Source: Pseudomonadota bacterium (GTDB lineage Bacteria; Desulfobacterota; Desulfobulbia; Desulfobulbales; CALZHT01). From it: a stretch of 64,000 bases of DNA. This document shows positions 20,795 through 28,455 of this stretch, one piece after another. The notes under the pieces are model-generated. The model made no database searches. It was not told the DNA's origin and saw nothing but the letters and a program-made list of their open reading frames with translations. Both the position numbers and the translations under genes were made by a program. The stretch's first letter is position 1. Each line of letters starts with the position of its first letter. The DNA lies in the NCBI GenBank assembly GCA_018823135.1, contig JAHJJF010000059.1, positions 444-64,443 of the forward strand, in the 5' to 3' direction.

Positions 20795-20923
20795 AATCAA
20801 TAATGCCATTAAACGCCCTGGCTCTCACCGGGCCTTTTGATTCCCAGAATAAATAGAAAAATCAGATTTTTTTCGGAAAAGCACAAAAAAAGGGGTTACG
20901 GAAAACCGTAACCCCTTGGTAAT

Positions 20924-20989
20924 ACTGGTCGGGATGAGAGGATTATCAGCCCACAAAACGGCTGATGATTGACACGACTCCGGCCCCTT
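20924..20989 (-). repeat. tRNA-Pro 3' fragment with a 22-nt hairpin inserted in the T-arm (copy 1)
   Basis: 66-bp direct repeat with 21707-21772 (1 mismatch); begins TGGTCGGGATGAGA like the tRNA 3' end. Confidence 0.9.
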
Positions 20990-21088
20990 CGTTTTTTTTG
21001 TTTCGCCTTTTTTGTTCAATGACTACCTTGCAAATCACAATCGATACTGATATCATAAGACCAAAAGCTTATCGATGGAGGACTCGTC

Positions 21089-21295
21089 ATGCAAACAGTC
21101 ACAGTCTCGCCTAAATTTCAAGTAGTTATTCCTCGCGACGTAAGAGAATCCTTACAGCTTCGTCCAGGTCAGAAAATACATGTTGTAGAATTTGATGGAA
21201 GAATCGAACTCATTCTTGATCGTGATATTTCAGAACTCCGAGGATTCCTTAAAGGCATAAACACTGACTTCAAGAGGGAGAAAGATAGAGTATGA
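21089..21295 (+). CDS. vapB: AbrB/MazE/SpoVT-family antitoxin
   Basis: 'VSPKFQVVIP.DVRE.L.L.PG' AbrB fold; 4-bp overlap with the PIN gene. Confidence 0.88.
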   Translation: MQTVTVSPKFQVVIPRDVRESLQLRPGQKIHVVEFDGRIELILDRDISELRGFLKGINTDFKREKDRV

Positions 21296-21666
21296 ATATT
21301 ATCGATTCCTCAGGTTGGTTATCATATTTCGCAGATGAGCCTTCAGCAAAAAACTTCCACGATCCTATTCAGGATACAGCCTCGCTTATTGTGCCGGTTA
21401 TTACCATATATGAAGTCTTTAAGGTAGCCTTGCGCGAATCAAGTGAAAATGATGCATTACAAGCTATCGCGGCAATGCAAAAAGGAACCGTCATTGATCT
21501 TACAACAACATTAGCTATTAATGCGTCAAAACTAAGTTTGCTGCATAAACTGCCTATGGCTGACAGCATTATTCTTGCAACTGGCAGGCAATATAATGCA
21601 ACCATCTGGACGCAGGATACAGACTTCATTGATATCCCTGATGTGAATTACTTCCCCAAAACATAA
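21292..21666 (+). CDS. vapC: PIN-domain toxin
   Basis: Acidic PIN residues in 'IIDSSGW', 'IYEV', 'MADSII', 'TQD.DF'. Confidence 0.9.
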   Translation: MNIIDSSGWLSYFADEPSAKNFHDPIQDTASLIVPVITIYEVFKVALRESSENDALQAIAAMQKGTVIDLTTTLAINASKLSLLHKLPMADSIILATGRQYNATIWTQDTDFIDIPDVNYFPKT

Positions 21667-21706
21667 AAAAAGAGAATCATGGTATCTGCCGTGATTCCCT
21701 TATACA

Positions 21707-21772
21707 ACTGGTCGGGATGAGAGGATTATCAGCCAACAAAACGGCTGATGATTGACACGACTCCGGCCCCTT
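21707..21772 (-). repeat. tRNA-Pro 3' fragment with a 22-nt hairpin inserted in the T-arm (copy 2)
   Basis: Direct repeat of 20924-20989; adjacent terminator-like hairpin at 21665-21701. Confidence 0.9.
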
Positions 21773-21880
21773 GAATTTCATGGAACACCGGAGGTATTGG
21801 GTTATTGTTCCAAAGTAATTGACCCCACTCTTTCCACAAAAAAGGGAACCATGGTTTTCACCATGATTCCCTTATGGAAC

Positions 21881-21927
21881 TGGTCGGGATGAGAAGATTC
21901 GAACTTCCGGCCCCTTGAACCCCATTC
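21881..21927 (-). repeat. att site: exact 47-bp duplication of the tRNA-Pro 3' end
   Basis: Identical to 32339-32385, extending through the anticodon loop. Confidence 0.95.
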
Positions 21928-22185
21928 TCAACAATATCTTTTTTATTCTAACTGGTTATCAAATTCCTTTTTCGGACTCCCCTCTCCACAATCCCTTGAT
22001 TCTACGTTGCCGAATTAGACTTTTTCGGACTAAATATTCACGTGATTTAGGGAGATAGTGTGACTTTTAGCTTTCGGTTGACATCGAAAGGGAAAAGACC
22101 CAGTCAAGTACCAAGACCGTCAATTGAAAGAAGTTGAACATTTAAAAAAAATCAAAACCCCCACATGCAATTTGAATTCACCAAT

Positions 22186-22212
22186 GAGCCAAGCAAAGAC
22201 CCCTCGCTCCTA
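22186..22212. repeat. Left arm of a 27-bp inverted repeat bracketing a three-gene cassette
   Basis: GAGCCAAGCAAAGACCCCTCGCTCCTA matches the reverse complement of 25750-25776 at 25 of 27 positions. Confidence 0.85.
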
Positions 22213-22231
22213 TATAGGCGACGTAATAATT

Positions 22232-22861
22232 CTACAGACAGATATCAATTTCGATGAAGCGATGTGGGTTTGCTCTGTATTGCTCCGCAAGTTGCTGAAG
22301 CGTATTCCATCGCGTTGCGTGTGACGGACTCTCGTATAAGGGTTCTTTCATTGGGATCGCAGTTAGCATGGACTTACGTAGTAGCATTGCTCTGATTTTC
22401 TGCGTGCGAACAGGACCAGCCCGTTCGCAAGTGAGGCACAACAGATATTCTCCACGCTCCACAGACATCCCAAGGTCGCGCTTGACCTGTCCAATGGCGA
22501 ATCGCTCGCTGATTACATTGAGCACTGCGTTCAGATACAACCAGCAGTCGTCTTTCGGTATGGGTAATATTGGATCGGCGGCAGTCGTCTTCTTAGCGAG
22601 ATCCAAGATTGTTTTTACAGCAGACGAATTGAGGAATACTCCGTCGCAATCCGTCTCCAGGATGGTGCGAATCTGTAATACGCCATCTTCGATTCTGGTT
22701 AATGATACATTCAATCGGTCGAGGAATTCGCGTTTACGCCAGCGAGTCCGTGCCCGTTGGGCGACCAAGTACGAGGCGACACCAGTCGCTACCGCGATCC
22801 ACAACAACTCGGGCCAGTTACCCCACAGATATTCGACAAGTGATTTGAGTACATCAGTCAT
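22232..22861 (-). CDS. Hypothetical protein with N-terminal membrane anchor
   Basis: 209-aa ORF; one TM helix followed by basic RARTRWRKRE; co-oriented with the cassette. Confidence 0.75.
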   Translation of the reverse strand: MTDVLKSLVEYLWGNWPELLWIAVATGVASYLVAQRARTRWRKREFLDRLNVSLTRIEDGVLQIRTILETDCDGVFLNSSAVKTILDLAKKTTAADPILPIPKDDCWLYLNAVLNVISERFAIGQVKRDLGMSVERGEYLLCLTCERAGPVRTQKIRAMLLRKSMLTAIPMKEPLYESPSHATRWNTLQQLAEQYRANPHRFIEIDICL

Positions 22862-23018
22862 GGAAACGATCCTGTTTTACAAACATTGGCAGTGTACGGG
22901 TGGAATGATGTTCCAATTCCCATGGTCTTGAATTGTAAGTCTCCTGGAAGTATAAAATGTAATGGATGCCCCCCTTTTTTTCACTTTTTCTTTTTCAAGT
23001 TCTTCGAAACAGAAACAT

Positions 23019-24854
23019 TTAAGTATCTAGATCCATCAGCTTCTCAGCGTATATCTTGTATCGTAGCAAATCTCCCATCCGACGGTATACTTCGCTTATA
23101 AATTCATATACGTAGCGCAGATTCGAGGTATGGTGTATGGCTGTATAGCACTGCTCGGCTCTAAGAAAGTGAGCAAGCGCCAATTGTAGATTCTGCTTTC
23201 TTGCCCAAATCACGCCAAGATGCAAGTGAGCGGTCCCGGCAACCGATTTGTTGCCAATTTCAAGGTTTATATACAAAGAAACCTCAAAATGTTCTATGGC
23301 CTTGGCGTCATTACCAAGCTCCTCAAAAGCAACGCCAATGTTTCCTTGACACTCCGCTTGGCCCAAGTGATTTCCGAGGATTTTATCAATTCGCAACGAT
23401 TCCTCGAAGTATCGGACGGCTCTCTCATATTCACGCAGACGCATGCTGACGTTTCCGAAATTCGCGTAGCAGTCGGACTCCAAAGATAGCAGGCCAAGAT
23501 CTTTAGCAATTGCGCAAGCGTCGTCTAGGCACGTCTTACATTTTTCGTATTCTCCGACATGGATATATGAATTCGCTACATTCACAAGGCAATTGGATTG
23601 CATCTCTCGATTGCCCAATCTTAAGGCCGTTCGATAAGATTCGAGGAAGTAGTTTGTGGAGTCTTTGTATTTTCCTAATCGCGCGTAATCGTTGCCAAGC
23701 GACTCGTAACTCATAGCCGTATGCTGTTCGTCATTTAATTTCTTAAAGAGCTCTACTGCTTCCTTGTGGTTACTTATGGCTTCTAGTATATCACTACTTT
23801 TATTGCGGTCATTACCGATGTTGAGAAGACATTTTGCTTGAGTCTCAAGATCATTCTGCTCCATAGCAACCTTTATCGCATTCTCCCAAAAAGATTGCGA
23901 GGCATCGAAAAGACTTACTTGACTGAAAAGATGCCCTGCAACGAACTCTTTCGACGAAGATATCGTTCGCGTCCAGGCAAAGACATGATCCTTCCAATTC
24001 TCCGCAGAACTTGAAAACACGTACTCGCCGATTCTCGAGTCGGATTTATACACGCAACGCCATATGTACTCGACAAATCGATCCGTATTGCAGAGAAGTC
24101 CCGTGCCTGGAAAAACAACAAAGGGACTTATATGTTCTGTCGTCGTCCACTGATTTCGCGCCATCTTGTTGGCATCCTGTTGAATAAAAAGGACGTCCTT
24201 AAGATTAGTCTTAATGCGAATAATCTCTGGTATGATGTCAAAGAAGTCGCTACAGCTATACCCAAGGACCATCACCCTTTTATGTTCTCCGGACGAGAAT
24301 AGATACGAAAGGGCTTTCCCTCTCTTTTCGGACAACGTATGACGTGCAACTTGCTGGATCACAGTTCTGATCGTCTCGCTTTTATCTACGCTCCCATGAA
24401 TCTTATAGAGGCGGATATTCGACGTAGCTTTCTGCTGAAAATCCGATTCCTCGCAGAAGCGCTCGTAATGTACATGTTCGCGCAAACCTTCCTCCTGAAA
24501 GGCTCTTTCGATCAATAAATCGAAATTTGTCGTGAATACGACTTTTACATATCCTAGTTTAGCGAGTTTTGCGATTAACCTGTGGTTTGTATTAGGAACG
24601 CCTAGTCGAAATACATCGAGAATAGAAGATAAATCGGAATTCTTTGATAAAATTTCCATGAAGGCTTCAAAAGGATATCCGGCATTCTTGAAAAGCTCAA
24701 TGTCTTTGCTGGTCAGGTTCAGGAGACCGAGTATCTCGTATACAAGATCATTGGCAAGAGGTAGCCCTGAATTCCAAGAAATCCCGGCACCGCAAAACAA
24801 CGCAAATTCATGAGGGTTCAAAGCATTGAGATCTATGTCTGGTATAGCGTTCAT
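23019..24854 (-). CDS. SIR2-like (SIR2_2) NADase domain fused to TPR repeats; putative anti-phage protein
   Basis: GAGIS..SGLP, TTNFD.LIE, KIHGS, LGYS.SD SIR2 motifs; about 7 40-residue TPR-like repeats; SD AGGAGG. Confidence 0.9.
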   Translation of the reverse strand: MNAIPDIDLNALNPHEFALFCGAGISWNSGLPLANDLVYEILGLLNLTSKDIELFKNAGYPFEAFMEILSKNSDLSSILDVFRLGVPNTNHRLIAKLAKLGYVKVVFTTNFDLLIERAFQEEGLREHVHYERFCEESDFQQKATSNIRLYKIHGSVDKSETIRTVIQQVARHTLSEKRGKALSYLFSSGEHKRVMVLGYSCSDFFDIIPEIIRIKTNLKDVLFIQQDANKMARNQWTTTEHISPFVVFPGTGLLCNTDRFVEYIWRCVYKSDSRIGEYVFSSSAENWKDHVFAWTRTISSSKEFVAGHLFSQVSLFDASQSFWENAIKVAMEQNDLETQAKCLLNIGNDRNKSSDILEAISNHKEAVELFKKLNDEQHTAMSYESLGNDYARLGKYKDSTNYFLESYRTALRLGNREMQSNCLVNVANSYIHVGEYEKCKTCLDDACAIAKDLGLLSLESDCYANFGNVSMRLREYERAVRYFEESLRIDKILGNHLGQAECQGNIGVAFEELGNDAKAIEHFEVSLYINLEIGNKSVAGTAHLHLGVIWARKQNLQLALAHFLRAEQCYTAIHHTSNLRYVYEFISEVYRRMGDLLRYKIYAEKLMDLDT

Positions 24855-24955
24855 TTTCGATCAGCGATCCTCTCCTCCTGGGAATTTACGGCGATTCCAG
24901 AATCGAACATCATACCAAAAGAGCTTTATGTAGCCAGCTACAAACCACGAATTAA

Positions 24956-25621
24956 CTAAAGAGTCGGTTCTAGTCTTATTGCTTGAATGAGCTTGGCCTT
25001 CATCGTGTGATCGGTCACATATTCCACTCGATCAGTTGCCTGCTTTATGTAGCGCTGATGTTGTTGCACATTGCGAAGAAAACGATAGACTGTGGCAATA
25101 TTAAGTAAGCAACACACCTCTACGGTCGTGTCGATTACCTCCTTTGCCTGCTTAAGCGCTTCTTCATAGTATGAAATCGCTAAAAGTTGGCGCGCGTTCG
25201 TCGCGTCGGAATCGAAAACGGGTCTTGTAGAATGACCAGTCTTTAGTTCTTGTTCGATCTGATCAAGATGCGCTTTCATAGCGTTCATTGGATTCTTTAG
25301 AAAAATGTGTTTCTTCGGCGGATCCTGGTAAAGGCGACCAAGGTTGAAGAGAATGCTGCATTCCAAGCTCGTGTCTCTATTTTGGCGTGAGAGAATGAGA
25401 GCTTCGTTATAGATGATTTGGATTTCGTTGAACAGCTCATCTGGAGTAACCGTTTCTTTTCCCTTTGATTCAAAATAAGTGGTCATCACACTTGTTAGTG
25501 TAGACATCGGTTCCGTCGCTCCGACATGAAGAGCAGACCCTAAATCTAGAAGATTAGATGCTTCGTTATTATCTACTTGAGCTCTTCCCAATAGAGAAGT
25601 TATCTTTTTGAACAAACCCAT
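24956..25621 (-). CDS. Small TPR-like helical protein
   Basis: 'ECSILFNLGRLY' and 'AISYYEEALKQAKEV....EVCCLLNIATVY' TPR-like segments; SD AAGGAG. Confidence 0.7.
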   Translation of the reverse strand: MGLFKKITSLLGRAQVDNNEASNLLDLGSALHVGATEPMSTLTSVMTTYFESKGKETVTPDELFNEIQIIYNEALILSRQNRDTSLECSILFNLGRLYQDPPKKHIFLKNPMNAMKAHLDQIEQELKTGHSTRPVFDSDATNARQLLAISYYEEALKQAKEVIDTTVEVCCLLNIATVYRFLRNVQQHQRYIKQATDRVEYVTDHTMKAKLIQAIRLEPTL

Positions 25622-25654
25622 TCGCCATTCTCCTTTATTGCGTAGCCTGGGTTT

Positions 25655-25722
25655 AATACCCCGCCCCTTGGGGCGATCATTGCTTTTAAGGATACCCCGC
25701 TGCTTGCGGCGGTGTAATTCAT
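25655..25722. mobile_element. IS200/IS605-like miniature palindromic element (PATE-like)
   Basis: Two related hairpins ATACCCCGCCCCTTGGGGCG and ATACCCCGCTGCTTGCGGCGG about 15 nt apart; no transposase. Confidence 0.55.
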
Positions 25723-25749
25723 TTATTTTTTAAAATCCGGCGATGCAGT

Positions 25750-25776
25750 TAGGACAGAGGGGTCTTTGCTTGGCTC
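25750..25776. repeat. Right arm of the 27-bp inverted repeat
   Basis: TAGGACAGAGGGGTCTTTGCTTGGCTC, inverse of 22186-22212. Confidence 0.85.
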
Positions 25777-25825
25777 TTGCATGCCAGTGTTCTTAATTTC
25801 CCTCAGTCAAGATATTTCCAAAAAG

Positions 25826-27271
25826 TTAGAAATCCGTATTTCCCGTCTCCCACCGGTGTCGAGTAACCGGATATTTCTTAGTTTCATAATTTACCGATTT
25901 GACTAAATGGATGTGAACAGAACCCAAGTCAATTTTAAGAGTCGGAGGACGTAGATCGCTTTGTAGTGAAAAATCCTCGTCGTCAAAGTCTAAGAAGCCG
26001 CCTTTTTTAGGCTCATCTTTTTGGGGCGGCACAGCCTCGCTCACACTATATTCACGCTCCCATCCTTCCTCATATATCTGGCCAAGGTCAACGTCGACCC
26101 TCGTTCCTGGAGGCAGTTCGATTGTCTCAACGCGGGCTGCCTTATGGAACAAAACGAAATTTAACCCTTCATCTGGTGTTTGAACTGAAGGGAAGAGAAT
26201 CCCATCTAAAAGAGGGGCATTTTCCGTTGCAAGGAAATCGGCGATCGCTTGGGTTGCAAGATATTCAAGCGTCTCATGGTCTGGCATCACCGGGATAGTG
26301 ATTAAGCTGCTGAGATTCCGTAGGAACATTGTTTGCTCGAGTAGATCAATATAAGTAGGGTCAAAAATACTACCGGTCGTTGTGACATTGCTCAACGCAG
26401 TCAAGTCAAGAAGCCGGATCTGTTGAATAAAACTGAAGCGTGCAACAGCCACTTGGCAACCTACCGGCGGCCGAATTTCTGCGAGTGCTGTCTCCGGATT
26501 ATTTGATCCGTAGAAGACAGAAATTCCGTCTGCGTTCATACGTCCAGCACGGGCTTCAGTAGACGGTGGAGACCCGAGATGCATGTCTGGTCTCCCAAGA
26601 GACTCAACAAGCCTTTCATTCAACTGAAAGCTCCTGGCACGGTATACTTCAGTGAATTCTGTGTCAGGTCCGGCATCAACTATAAGGGCACGCCCACCCT
26701 GAGTCCGCATCGAGTCTATTCCGTTAAATACTTCCTCTAAGAGACTGGAAGCGGATCTGTTGAAAAAACGGGACTCTGTTTTCAGTGAACGCTGGAATTC
26801 CTCCCAATCAGCCCACCAACGCCCACCATCCACTCCACTTTCTTCGTAATGTGAGTCGGGAGAAAATTCCGTTTCTTCGCCCATGGCGGCAGAGTCAAAG
26901 TCATCGTATTTTTCTTCAAGTATTTTCTGGATATCGGAAGCGGCTTTCTCTGGGATACTTGCCGCATCCATGATTGCCATGACAACCTCTTGACCTTCAC
27001 GATACCATTCATAGTTGGATTCCCTGTCCGACAACATTGAGTATTGTAAAGGCGTTGGTTGATCTGAGGTTCGATAGTAGTGCTGATCAAAGGCGGTTTC
27101 GATACGCTCGGATAGCTCTTCAACGCTGATACATTTCTCCTTTTCAGCACAATAAGAGCATGTCGCATTCTTTCCGGTGTTGGAGATTTGATCACCAAGA
27201 AAATCTTCCCCCACACAATCACAACAAATTTTTTGTTCCCTGAGCTCCTCGATATCGACATCTGTGGACAT
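25826..27271 (-). CDS. RES-domain protein with Cys-rich N-terminal domain
   Basis: 'VYRAR', 'AGRMN..GI.VFY', 'ALAEIRP', 'DGILFPS' (R-E-S residues); N-terminal CxxC...CxxC. Confidence 0.9.
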   Translation of the reverse strand: MSTDVDIEELREQKICCDCVGEDFLGDQISNTGKNATCSYCAEKEKCISVEELSERIETAFDQHYYRTSDQPTPLQYSMLSDRESNYEWYREGQEVVMAIMDAASIPEKAASDIQKILEEKYDDFDSAAMGEETEFSPDSHYEESGVDGGRWWADWEEFQRSLKTESRFFNRSASSLLEEVFNGIDSMRTQGGRALIVDAGPDTEFTEVYRARSFQLNERLVESLGRPDMHLGSPPSTEARAGRMNADGISVFYGSNNPETALAEIRPPVGCQVAVARFSFIQQIRLLDLTALSNVTTTGSIFDPTYIDLLEQTMFLRNLSSLITIPVMPDHETLEYLATQAIADFLATENAPLLDGILFPSVQTPDEGLNFVLFHKAARVETIELPPGTRVDVDLGQIYEEGWEREYSVSEAVPPQKDEPKKGGFLDFDDEDFSLQSDLRPPTLKIDLGSVHIHLVKSVNYETKKYPVTRHRWETGNTDF

Positions 27272-27671
27272 CTATATGCTCTCCTATAAATCACTTCGCA
27301 ATAATTATAATAATCCACCAGCTCCCTATAATTGCGACCTCAGTGCACCCGCCCCTTCCATATCACTAAAAATCGTATCCAGCAGCAACTTGTGCAATTA
27401 CAGGGACACCATACTTAATTATTTTCCTCTTCGGTTCAGTCATCATATTTCCAAAACAGCTTTATTCTCAAAATATGCCTTTATAGATCATTGATTTCAT
27501 ACTCACAAAAAAAGTAACAGATTGATAGGGCTTGTCAATAACAATCAAATGAATAAACCCATCAGAAATCTCATTCCATAACTGAAACACTAGAAAATCC
27601 TGCTGCCCTTTTCCGCAGTCTTTGGCCCAGCAATTTTAAAATTTATTGTCACGGCTTACGATCATAGCCAA

Positions 27672-27733
27672 GCACACAAAAGGGGGGAGGGTTTACCAGC
27701 TTCAAGCTGGTGCCCCTCCCCCCTTTTGTGTGC
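27672..27733. repeat. Long near-perfect palindrome (20-bp outer and 8-bp inner stems)
   Basis: GCACACAAAAGGGGGGAGGG / CCCTCCCCCCTTTTGTGTGC enclosing ACCAGCTT-C-AAGCTGGT. Confidence 0.9.
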
Positions 27734-27858
27734 AATTGAAATACATCAATTTTAATTTAGTTAAAACAATATGAAAAATCCAATCTGTTGACTTCCCGAA
27801 AATCCATTTCTTTTATTTTCACAGTCCACCTGATACAAACCGAACTAATTTCAAGGTA

Positions 27859-28278
27859 TTAAAGATAATGTCTTCTGATACTATTAATCTTTTCTGAGCC
27901 ATCATTCTCCGTCCATTCCACAAATTCTGGAAAACGTTTGCAAAATTCTATTCTAAACCAATCGTTATAGCCCTCATCCTTTTTAGATATCACATCAAGC
28001 CATAAGTTGATTTCTCTTAAGATTGGTGCAAATTCAGGATTAACAAATCTATGTTTTTCACCATCACCAGTGAATAACCAATCAAGGCTATACCCCATAT
28101 TAATAAGTTCAAGAAAGAAGCCTAGACCTTTAGGGATATTCTTACCCTCTTCATACCTTTGAAGAGTCCTGTAGCCGATTCCCAAATCCTCTGCCATTTC
28201 CTTTTGGCTCTTCTTCGCAGTTCTTCTGATTTCTATAAGTTTGTCAAAAAATTTCATTTTTAAATTACCCTCTAACAA
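27859..28278 (-). CDS. XRE-family HTH repressor
   Basis: 'SQKEMAEDLGIGYRTLQRYEEG..P', 'SLDWLFTG'; divergent from rep; true start may be the Met at 28257. Confidence 0.88.
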   Translation of the reverse strand: MLEGNLKMKFFDKLIEIRRTAKKSQKEMAEDLGIGYRTLQRYEEGKNIPKGLGFFLELINMGYSLDWLFTGDGEKHRFVNPEFAPILREINLWLDVISKKDEGYNDWFRIEFCKRFPEFVEWTENDGSEKINSIRRHYL

Positions 28279-28318
28279 TTTGATTTTTCAGGAAAAAATT
28301 CAACGCCCCGCCAATTAC

Positions 28319-28371
28319 CGCCACAATAGGCGTATTTTTTAGTTGCATACGCCAAAAAAGGCGCGTATAAA
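28319..28371 (+). promoter_or_regulatory. Sigma70-like promoter of rep-DUF4224-int with two palindromic operators
   Basis: TTGCAT (28343) - 17 nt - TATAAA (28366); CGCC-N6-GGCG at 28319-28332 and 28350-28363. Confidence 0.65.
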
Positions 28372-28455
28372 TAAATTATTGCATGCTTCTAATTAGTGTT
28401 TAGCAAAATAATCAAATAAAACAAGAAAAATCATCAGTTAACAAGGAGGACGGAA

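Noticed and set aside
20924-21927. Possible CRISPR array
   Set aside because: The repeats are tRNA-Pro derived, spacing is irregular and no cas genes are present
20924-21927. Additional tRNA genes
   Set aside because: Only 3' halves are present; the D-arm and 5' acceptor strand are missing
23019-24854. Assignment to Thoeris, SIR2-HerA, SPARSA or Avs
   Set aside because: No TIR, HerA, Argonaute or STAND NTPase motifs in or beside the gene
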